The notes under the pieces are model-generated. The model did no database searches and was not told where the DNA came from. It worked only from the letters and a program-made list of their open reading frames with translations. Below, piece by piece: positions 44,071-54,700 of a stretch of 64,000 nt of DNA (the first letter of the stretch is position 1; every line of letters starts with the position of its first letter). The position numbers and the translations under genes were made by a program. The DNA comes from Macrostomum lignano (Eukaryota): assembly GCA_002269645.1 (NCBI GenBank), contig NIVC01001433.1:1-64000 (forward strand), given 5' to 3'.

Positions 44071-44145
44071 CTAGCAAAGCTCAGGGGTAAACGCGTTCTG
44101 ACTGTCGCGCCACGACCCCTTGGTTCGACTCCGTGCGCGGCCCAT
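44071..44145 (+). mobile_element. tRNA-derived SINE head or tRNA pseudogene (second family)
   Basis: A-box-like AAGCTCAGGGG, perfect B box GGTTCGACTCC (44122-44132), CT-GTC loop; acceptor stem does not pair. Confidence 0.5.
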
Positions 44146-44279
44146 TCATTCGGGGCTTTCGTGCACGCAAAATTGCAAGCCACCGAGAGTGTTGCGCCTG
44201 ATGATGCTTCTAACTCTTAACATTTGAGCCCAAGGTGCGCGCTATGAAGCAAAATTCAAGCTCTCCAAGTGCTTTAGAC

Positions 44280-44798
44280 TAGGAATTGCAAAATCCTGTT
44301 TTTTGCGATCCCGGAATCCCGGGATTTAATCCCGGAATTCGGCCAATCCCGGGATTCAATCCCGGGATCAGAAAAATACAGATTTTCAAGCTTCTGGGTT
44401 GAAATTTTAAGGCAAAATATGCGTTAAACGCTTTTCTGCTTCCATTTTTTATTGTTATAGAGAAAATGATTTATTTGTAGATAAAAAACAGCATTATCTT
44501 GTGACGCATGGAAGTACGTAGTATAAAAGTACTATTTAGTAGTAAAGAAGCAAATCAGATATCAAAATTTACACTGGAATAAATTTCACATTTAAATCTG
44601 TGATGCGGGGTTTAAAAAGGTGTCACATGACGTGAGGCAATTAACGGAAATTAGCGCAGTACAATAAACTAGTTGTGGGCGTAATTGCGTATATATGACA
44701 GCACTTTTTGTAAAATTAATAACAAAAATTAGTGCCGGGATTCGGGACCCCAAATCCCGGGATTTTGGGATCCCGGGATCCCGGGATTGCAATCCCTA
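44280..44798 (+). mobile_element. hAT-superfamily MITE, 519 bp
   Basis: TIRs TAGGAATTGCAA... / ...TTGCAATCCCTA with ATCCCGGGAT subterminal repeats; flanks CTTTAGAC (44272-44279) and CTTAAGAC (44799-44806) form a 7/8 TSD. Confidence 0.85.
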
Positions 44799-45460
44799 CT
44801 TAAGACGATTTGAAGATTTTGGGAGTGCAGGTAAAGTCTTTTATCTTGCGAGTGATGCAACTCAGACTTGAGTTGAGCAATGAAGTTAAGGGAGCGGTGT
44901 GCGAGGGTTGGACGGATTAAAGCTACCCCGATTAGTTTTCTCGCATATCTTTTATTTTAAAATGGTCCAAAAGAAATTGCTAATTGACGCATATAGAGTG
45001 GCGACTTTTTAACGTTTCAACGTTTTCAATGCCTCCAGTGTCTCGTAAGTTCGAGTTCAAAGCCAGCGAAGATTGATTTCGCTATACTAGCTCGTCCATG
45101 TTGGCAGTTTCACATTATTTCACTTTTACTGTAAACTGAGTCTCGAGATTATTAAGTCTAGGCGTGTGGAGCACGCTACCCTTCCTAGCCTCGTATAGGT
45201 GACTGCACTCTCACTTCGTTCTTATAAGACAGGCTTGATGCCCACTCTTGAGCCAAAAGGACTCCTTCTCAACTTGTTTTATTGAGTCGTCGCGATAAAA
45301 ATGCCAAAATTTTCAATAGATATGCAAGACTAATTAAGTGATGTACATTTGGTGTTGATGTACGTCAATAATATAAACACGCACGGTAGACAAGGGAGCA
45401 AAAAATCGATCGCATACCAGCCTGCATTCCATATACTTAGAATCATGTTCAGCCTTTCTG

Positions 45461-45491
45461 ATTGGTTGAAAAGTTGCTCACTGTATAAATA
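45461..45491 (+). promoter_or_regulatory. USP core promoter (inverted CCAAT plus TATA)
   Basis: ATTGG at 45461-45465 and TATAAATA at 45484-45491, about 130 nt upstream of the ATG. Confidence 0.5.
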
Positions 45492-45620
45492 AAATCCATG
45501 ATTTGGTTATAAAACTGTTCTTCAACTTTTTTATTTAAAGCGAGTTGTAAAACCTAACTACTACTAGGTTGACAGTCTGTCAAATTGGTGTGTTAAACTT
45601 GGTAACTTCAGTATAGAAGC

Positions 45621-47687
45621 ATGGCATCTCCACCTGCAGCTATTGCTGGCGCCAGTCCGGAATCAAAAGCGCAATTACAGCACAGCAAGGCGTCGCCAAC
45701 AGCGGACGAACAAGCAGTGCAAAATCGAAGCATTCTAATTGCTATCGATCGAAGCAGGCACAGCGAGCGCGCGCTTCGTTGGTACGCCAGCAAGATTCAT
45801 TCGAACGAAGATCGAGTGGTCTTTGTTAACGTGACCGAGCCACCTGATCTGGCTCTGGGATTCGGCATGGCTGGTGAGTGGAGTTCAGGTTCGGCTCTGT
45901 GTAAAATGGAAACTATGATTAACTTAGAAATCCCGAATACAACCCTCGCATTCCATAGATCTAGAAAAAACGAATAATGCCCCACTCTATCATAGATCTA
46001 GAAACACCAAATAGAACCCAACTCTACCCTAGATCTAGAAACACCGAATAGAACCCAACTCACCCTAGATCTATTGTAGTTCTGGAAACCATAATAAATG
46101 CATGCACAACCGCCCTAGGGACCCCGAATAGAATCCCACTACCACAGATATAGAAACAACGAATAGAACCCGGTTCCGCCAGCAGGCGCCGCAGTGGCCG
46201 AAATCTACACCAAAGCCGTGGAAGAAACTGTCGAAGCCGCCAAACGTTTGGCCGTCAACGTGAAGACAATCTGTCGCTCGTTTGGTATCGAAAAAATTCG
46301 ATTTCTCGAACGAATCTCGCATTCACCAGGTCAGGCTATTATTGAAGCTGCAGAAGAAGAACAGGTGAGCCGTGTAAACTTGGTACCGGGGTGCCAGAAT
46401 CAGGGGCTTTAGCACCAGGGGCTTTAGCACCAGGGGCTTTAGCACCAGGAGCGCCAGCACCAGGGGCTTTAGGACCAGGGGCTTTAGCACCAGGGGCTTT
46501 AGCACCAGGGGCTTTAGCACCAGGGGCTTTAGCACCAGGGGCTTTAGCACCAGGGGCTTTAGCACCAGGGGCTTTAGCACCAGGGGCTTTAGCACCAGGG
46601 GCTTTAGCACCAGGGGCTTTAGCACCAGGGGCTTTAGCACCAGGGGCTTTAGCACCAGGGGCTTTAGCACCAGGGGCTTTAGCACCAGGGGCTTTAGCAC
46701 CAGGGGCTTTAGCACCAGGGGCTTTAGCACCAGGGGCTTTAGCACCAGGGGCTTTAGCACCAGGGGCTTTAGCACCAGGGGCTTTAGCACCAGGGGCTTT
46801 AGCACCAGGGGCGCCAGCACCAGGGGCTTTAGCACCAGGGGCGCCAGCACCAGGGGCGCCAGCACCAGGGGCGCCAGCACCAGGGGCGCCAGCACCAGGG
46901 GCGCCAGCACCAGGGGCGCCAGCACCAGGGGCGCCAGCACCAGGGGCGCCAGCACCAGGGGCGCCAGCACCAGGGGCGCCAGCACCAGGGGCGCCAGCAC
47001 CAGGGGCGCCAGCACCAGGGGCGCCAGCACCAGGGGCGCCAGCACCAGGGGCGCCAGCACCAGGGGCGCCAGCACCAGGGGCGCCAGCACCAGGGGCGCC
47101 AGCACCAGGGGCGCCAGCACCAGGGGCGCCAGCACCAGGGGCGCCAGCACCAGGGGCGCCAGCACCAGGGGCGCCAGCACCAGGGGCGCCAGCACCAGGG
47201 GCGCCAGCACCAGGGGCGCCAGCACCAGGGGCGCCAGCACCAGGGGCGCCAGCACCAGGGGCGCCAGCACCAGGGGCGCCAGCACCAGGGGCGCCAGCAC
47301 CAGGGGCGCCAGCACCCTAAGCTTAATAATTCGCATGCCTCATCATTCTTGAATTGCTTTTATTACCTCGTGTCTCGCATGTAAATGTAATTGCCGTCTC
47401 ACCACTGCTCTACATGTATGCTGCACCAGATCCATATTTCGCGTCGCCTTCCCTCGCAGGCCGACCTCATCATTCTCGGCAGTCGAGGCGTCGGCGTGCT
47501 TCGCCGAACTTTTCTCGGATCAGTCAGTGACTACGTGCTGCATCATTCGCGCCGCTCGGCTGTTCTGGTGGTGCCGGCCGAACAGCATCATCACTCCGAA
47601 GCAGGCGGTCAGCACTACAGTGTCCAGGGAAAACCAGCAGTTGAAGATCAAGACGTTGGAGACCAAGCTGCTAAAAAGGAGGGTTAA
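45621..47687 (+). CDS. Universal stress protein (UspA-like, ATP-binding type)
   Basis: Exons 45621-45873, 46183 (or 46186; CAGCAG tandem acceptor)-46364, 47460-47687; motifs ILIAIDRSRHSERALRWY, PGQAIIEAAEEE, ADLIILGSRGVGVLRRTFLGSVSDYVLHH (G-2x-G-9x-GS). Confidence 0.92.
45915..46170. repeat. 37-bp AGATCTAGAAAC-containing repeat in USP intron 1
   Basis: About 6 degenerate copies with a period of about 37. Confidence 0.8.
46401..47316. repeat. 15-bp satellite AGCACCAGGGG(CTTT/CGCC), reverse complement of the 8.9/10.7 kb family
   Basis: About 61 units filling USP intron 2; a CTTT block followed by a CGCC block. Confidence 0.97.
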
Positions 47688-49847
47688 AAAGAGTTTTATA
47701 AATGTACGAGTTGTAAGAAGAGAACTAACAAAAAAATTTCTCGGTTTAAGTAACTTAAGTTGTAATACTTTTAATACACTGTAGGTAAACAATATTTTGT
47801 ATGTGAAACTTCGCAAACAGAAAAAATATAATCCTTCCGGAAGTAATTTTCTTGAAATTGTTATTTTGAAATGTTCTGTAGACTTTAAATTCGACTTCGA
47901 CTTTCGAAGAACGACTCTAGAAGCAGCGCAATAGACTGCCGGATAAAGGGAATTTAATGTGATCACACAACTTGTACATCTTATAAATTTGATTTGCTTG
48001 AATTCATTGGTCGTTTGAGTTGGTGGCTCACTTGATGGCAGCGTAAATGAGTCTTTAACCAATAAATTAAAATAGTTATGAATTCTTTGTTGACTAGTAC
48101 AGTGTGCACTTTAATCCTATAACGTAAAACTTGCCTGTACATGTACGAGTGTACAAACTGCATGCATGCCAGGGCATTGTACCTTTGCATGCGCAGTAAA
48201 TTTGATTTTACAATAACTGTGACACTCTTCGTTCTCGTGCAATTACAGTGTATAGTGGTGGGATAACTAAACCAGCAATTATTATTTTGCCTAACTGTAC
48301 GCTTGACAAACGTTACCCATGCATGTCGCATGTATAGTAGCCTGTTTTGCGGTTACCTATCGTTGCAGGTTGTTCCAGGAATGATATCTATCTTTTAGAT
48401 AACTAGACTATTGTCTTCGTACATGCACTTGTTTCAGGGACAACTAAAACACCGGAGCGTTTTAGTTCCCTGACTTGTTTAATAATATACTTTGTATTTT
48501 ACGCTACATGTATTCATCGAGTGATACAATCGTTCCCGTCATATCATAACTCTATCGTGCACTTCATTGAAGTAAATCTCGAATGATATCGATTTATTTT
48601 ATAATATATTTAATTGCAATACAAAGAAAACCTGCTAAAATCAAATAAATAAATGAAGTGTAATTGTTGCAAAACTGCACAACATAATATTCTACTTGAA
48701 GGATAAATATTTCTCAAGGCGTGCATTTTTTGCAGCACATTAAAAACTTAATAAACTTGCATTGAAAACTGAATACTCATATTTATTTTCGAAACTGCAG
48801 CTAAAAAATTTATTATTACAAAACCATAAAATTTTGTTATAACTGTTAGTACGTAATGTTTAAGTCTGCGAAATAAAGTAATTATATCACAAATATAGCA
48901 ATGTACCAATGTGTTAGGTGTATGTTCGTCCTGACAGCGTACATTCAGTCAGCTGTTTATACTGATTTCTTTTATGGGATGTACATCTAATCTAGAAATA
49001 AAACAACCCATATAGACAAAAGACTAATAATTATAAAACAAAATTTTCTGTAGGCCTAGTTTTATATTATGTGGTATATCAAATATAGCTAGGCCCCTAT
49101 GTATTTTTGTATTTTTATTGTTTTTTGACATTCTAGCTCCACGGCGCATTATACTTATAGACTCATATACTTTTGTTGCAGTAAAACTGAAAGGTCTTCA
49201 CTATCTACACAACTATACTTAGTATAATACTCAAAATTGAACCTATACGACTCAATATGAGGGTAGGCCCTAGTAGGCCTAGGCCTACCAGTTTTTGTAA
49301 TGTCTGTATTTGTTAGGCGTAGGCCCTCGCCCCTGGCCCTATCTAGCAAAAATGTTTTAGAATTTTGAGCATTTTCATTGTGCTTTAGGGCCTAATTTAG
49401 GTCAAAACTTAAGTTCTTAAGATTAAATTTTACTTGATACAACCTTCTCCTTGGCTTGGGCTAAGGCAGGGCTAATTTTAGTATATTTCATTTTTCATAC
49501 AAGTTTATTTGCCTTAATAATATGCTAGCTAAGTATATAGTAAGCCTAGGCACTTTAGTAAGAAGATTAAAGTTAAAAAACTTTAACTTTTATCTTCTTA
49601 CTTAAAATTCAGTTAATATTTTTATTTATTAGGGTTAGGCCTATGCCTAACTGCTAACATGGGCTATAATTGTAAGTCAACTTTGTTCCTAAAGTGCCTA
49701 AAATTTTTAATTTTAGTATGGTCTAATTAATTTTAAATTGCTTATTTGTATTATATTTCCTATTGATAACTTTATATATTTCCTTCATTTCATTATATTA
49801 TAAAACAAAAACTTATATATTATACAAAGATAGAAAATGGTTGACAA

Positions 49848-50812
49848 TCATTTTGTCTGCTACCAATTTTTCTGCCACTCTTGTCTGCAAAAATATGATG
49901 CAGTCATTTTGTCTGCTAATGAAATATTAAATACAATGTCAGTATTTATCTTCATATGTATATAATATTAGAAAGAAATGTCTAGATTATATATCTTAAA
50001 AATACTTTAACTAAAGATGACAAACTCATTTTTTTAAAATGTAAGCTTATCTGAAAATACTATTAAACCAATCATACATGCCCAACACCTGTCCAACCTG
50101 TCTAAACCAGATAGGTAAAATAGCCACTGGCCAAGGTAAGTCACAAAATTGAAAATGCAAAAAATGAAAAATTAGAGGAAAAAAGGAAAAAAGAAACGAG
50201 AAGAGAAAGAGAGGAGAAAGAAGAGAGAGAAAGAAAAAAAGGAAAAAAAAGAAAGAGGCAAGAAAAGTCATATACAAAGTGAAAATTAAATTGCAATCAA
50301 GAGGAACTAAGTTGCAAATCTGGACAAAACTAAGTCGCACTAGATAGGTGAAATTTTGAGGTTGGGTATGTATGAACCCAATAGACCTTACCAAATGTCG
50401 ACTAAACTTGTATATTAACTTTTTGTTTATTATGAATAAACTTTGCAACAGGAAAGCAAATGCATTATTATCATTGGATGGAGGTGGGGATAGGGTCAGA
50501 GATCATGACAATGCTTACAACAGCTAGCCAATCACAATCATATTCAATTGCAAACTACTGCTACCTTCTGATTCACTAACAATTACTATGTCACAAAACT
50601 ATTCAATGTATGTTTAAATTGAACATAATATTTCTTTGAAATATTGTGATAAACAAAATTACATACTTAAAAAGAGACATCATGCAATAACTCTTTGCAT
50701 AACTCAAAATATCTTATTAAAATAGCTTTATAAGTATTGTAGCTATACTTTTCCTTTTCTTTTTGAAAAGTTGTTTTGTCTGCCGACAGACAAAGGCAAC
50801 AGACAAAATGAC
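49848..50812. mobile_element. Possible non-autonomous DNA element delimited by inverted GTCATTTTGTCTG repeats
   Basis: TCATTTTGTCTGC at 49848 and 49903; CAGACAAAATGAC at 50800-50812; no TSD seen. Confidence 0.25.
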
Positions 50813-51726
50813 CACACACATAGAAAACTTACCAAAGATATATAGTTTTGCAGTTGAGCTAAAATATGATTGTGCAACAAAACTTTAAAAAGAATATTGT
50901 GAAATTATATCAAAAAGTGCAAGTATGCAATAATAAAGGTAATATTCCTATGTAAAACAAAAATAAATACAATAAAACAAAGTTGGAAAGAATTCAAATT
51001 TAGCTTTCTAAGAAAACTATCTAAAATTTTTGATCCGTTAACTTTTAAAATCATTTTGTCACAACTCATGCTATCTATTCAATTAAGTAGAATACCAAAT
51101 ATATTTCCTTTAATTAAGTGACTTTACATTTACCTAGAATAAACATATTTAAATTTGATTTATTTAGATATCCAATCAAGTGAAGCATTTAGACAGGTAT
51201 TAGAAATGGATCTTGGATTTTTAATGTGAGAAGGAGCTGACCAAGTAAAGGAAAAAAAGGCATATTATAACTGGGTAATGCAAGGTTGCTTCATATGAGA
51301 TTAGAGTTATAAATAATCTAGTACATTTTATTTTGTTTTAACTGAAAATGATATATATTGAATATATTTCTATATTGCAATTATTAGACACTATAACTTT
51401 TATATAAATATTTAAGTAATATTAACATAATGTCCCAGCTATAGATATTAATTTTTATATCTTGTTTAAAATAGCTTTCTAATTAAGTTAGGCTTATAGT
51501 AATTTAATAGTAGGCCTAGCCTCCTAAAAGCAATGTTCTTTCTATTGTCTTAAATTCTTGTATTTGGCATGTTTAACATAATTATGTGGTTTTTTATCAT
51601 ATATATATGTATATCATATAGCATATATGCAAAATAATTTCTAACAATATAGTCACTAATGAAAACAAATAAAGTTTTACATGAATTTTAATTCATGAAT
51701 TGCTAACTGGAATTAATACCTGCATA

Positions 51727-54700
51727 ATGCTGAGTGGCACTGGTGACAAGCCAACCTGTGCCCCTTTGCACACCTGGAGTCCTGAACTGCAATCAGCCTA
51801 TAGAATTCTGCAAGACTTTCTTGGCTCCTCGCTGCGTCACCTTGCCTATGTGTTCATCAATCCTGTGGATAGCAGCGAGCCAGGTGCAGAGGAATACTAT
51901 GACAGGATCAAAGAGCCCATGTGTCTGCTAAAGAGTGAGTTGCTCTGTTACAAATTTAGTGTCCAGGTCTTCAAAAATTGACAAAATTTGGACTGTCTGA
52001 CAGTTTGACTGTCAGTGACAATTTGACTGCCAGTGACAGTTTGACTGTCAGTGACAATTTGACTGCCAGTGACATTTTGACTGTCAGTGACAATTTGACT
52101 GCCAGTGACATTTTGACTGTCAGTGACAATTTGACTGTCAGTGACAATTTGACTGTCAGTGACAATTTGACTGTCAGTGACAATTTGACTGCCAGTGACA
52201 TTTTGACTGTCAGTGACATTTTGACTGTCAGTGACAATTTGACTGTCAGTGACAATTTGACTGTCAGTGACAATTTGACTGTCAGTGATAATTTGACTGA
52301 ATATGTTATGACTGAATGGCAAACTTTATAACTGTGTGTCAGTCAAATCAATAGCATCATACTATTTATTTTCCAGTGAAAGAAAAATTTGGCCAATCAG
52401 TGTACTCTCAAATTGGCGATTTTGTGTGCGATTTTCGTTTAATGCTGTTCAACTGCTACGTGTTTAACGGGGTGGACAGTCCGCTGGGAAAGTTGGCTAC
52501 CAAGATGGAGACACTGTTTGAGCAGAAAATTGGCCTACTGGCTAGGTAAGCAATGTTTACAGTGTTAATGCTGAGGTTTGTAGAGGTTTGCCTACCTCAA
52601 AGGGCCAGATAGAGAACCTAGAGCATGACTGAGAGCCTGAGGAGGGGAGAGAAGAATAAAGGAGAGATGAAATAAGAGAGAAGAGATAAAGTTGTAGATA
52701 GGAAGAGAGGAGAGAAGAGCGTTGAGAAGAGACATAAACATTGAACGGGCCGGATTGCTGTTGTGAAGTTTCTAAGGGACCCAAGGGCCGGATAGAGAGG
52801 CTTTGTGGGCCAGAATCTGCCGACCCCTGCTCTAAGGATAGAGAACTGTCATTCACCGAATAGTTTTTATCAATCTGACGGACTGATACAGATACGGAGG
52901 TTTTTTAGACAGAACATAGGATATGGTTGCATTTCCTATATATCTAGATCCGTTCCCGATTTCATAGGAGGGAAATCTAGTTCCTTACACTGACGCAGCC
53001 GCTAGTAATTATCCATAAGCAAACAATGCTCATGCAGAGATCTACGCGAACGGTGCAGCATTGGCGCCACAATGGGCGCTGCATCGCTTGGCACCGTGCT
53101 TGACTCTCGTTCCTATCTGCACGAAGGCGGCGCCAACAATAATCCAGCTTTATTAGTCGAAGATCCGGCCGCTGAATGGCGCGTCGCTCGTCGGGCCGCC
53201 GCCGCGATGCGCGTCGTTTCGGGTATCGGCGCCGGCGCCAGCGGTGGTGGCGCCAATAACGCCGGCGGCAGCACCGGCGGTCTGGGTTCATTTGCCGCCT
53301 GTCGGGAGAGCCTGCCGGTGCAGGCCATGGCTCGCGAAACCGAGGACGCGGCCGGCTCTCGCGAAGAGTCCGACGCTCGGATTGCCGCTATTGTTGAACG
53401 ACTGCGTCGATGGGAAGTCAGGCGACACGAGGAGCGACTGTTAAGCGAATTTGAATCATGGAGAAATTCGCTGGCTACTACTGAGACTGAGTACTGCCTG
53501 AGGCATTGCGCTGAGCTGGCCGAGGTGGCCCACTTTCTGCTCATGATGGGGCCGGAGATGCTGGGGTTGCAGGCGTCTGGCTTGGCCGAGGTAATGTTAG
53601 CTTAACTGTTGATTTTGGAAATGCATTGAAACACTACTTAATATCATAGCCTGGTTCATTGTTTTTAAATATCAAACAATTTAGCATCGCCCAATAAACA
53701 CCCTATAAGGGTCTCCAAAAGTCTCAATAAACTGAATTATGAATTTAACAGGCCCTAACAGTACGCGAGATCCACCTGGCACTGCTGTCGCCTCAGAGTA
53801 GCGCCCTACTTACTGGTATCATGTGCGGCCTATTTGCTAAACTAAAATGTGGCCTAGCCAGGGCTACTAAAGACGCGGCCGCCGCAGCAGCCGCAGCAGC
53901 CAACGCCGCCCTGGGTTGCGGCGGCTCCTCCTATTCGTTCTACAATCGGGCTCCATTGCCCGCTATTGTCTATCACCATTGGCACGATCGATTGAAACAG
54001 CGTGTCGCCGCATTCTATAGACATTTGGCCAGCCTGGCTGGAGCTAACGATAATAATCAGGAATTGAATCAACAGCAGTCTGCAGCAGTTGCTACTAGTT
54101 TCTTGTGCTCTCAATTTGGCGACGTTGTTGGTCATAGAAATCCGTTGGAGATTAGAATGTTTCACGAGCTGAGCCTGTTTCAGGTTTGTAACTTCTTATG
54201 TTACACATTTGATTGTGAGGCTGAGTAGGGTGGCTATTTGTTTATTGATAGTGCTGGGCGGAGTGGGTGGCTGTTTTTTTATTGGTAGTGCTGGGTGGAG
54301 TGGGGTGGGGTGGCTGTTTTTTATTAATAGTGCTAGGCGGAGTGGGGTGGCTGTTTATTTCATTGATAGTGCTGGGCGGAGTGGGGTGGCTGTTTATCTT
54401 ATTGATTGTGCTGGGCGGAGTGGGGTGGCTGTTTGTTTTATTGATAGTGCTGGGCGGAGTGGGGAGGCTGTTTATTTCATTGATAGTGCTGGGCGGAGTG
54501 GGGTGGCTGTTTATCTTATTGATAGTGCTGGGTGGAGTGGGGTGGGGTTGCTGTTTTTTATCAATAGTGCTGGGCGGAGTGGGGTGGCTGTTTTATTTTA
54601 TAGATAGTGCTTGGCGGAGTGGGGGCTGTTTTATTTTATAGATAGTGCTTGGCGGAGTGGGGGCTGTTTTATTTTATAGATAGTGCTTGGCGGAGTGGGG

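Noticed and set aside
44071-44145. Functional tRNA gene (also 1373-1440)
   Set aside because: A and B boxes are present but acceptor and anticodon stems do not pair; better explained as SINE heads.
44185-44265. Hammerhead-like CTGATGA-TGCTTC...GAAGCA-AAA
   Set aside because: Lacks the G of GAAA, and no stem I or cleavage triplet can be placed.
46323-47336. Elastin/collagen-like PGALA/PGAPA ORF
   Set aside because: Lies within USP intron 2; exon 2 read-through stops at TAG 46410-46412; the same satellite occurs in BLTP3 introns.
51948-52331. Antifreeze-like DNLTVS repeat ORFs
   Set aside because: Translations of the intronic 18-bp array; BRD10 splices across it in phase.
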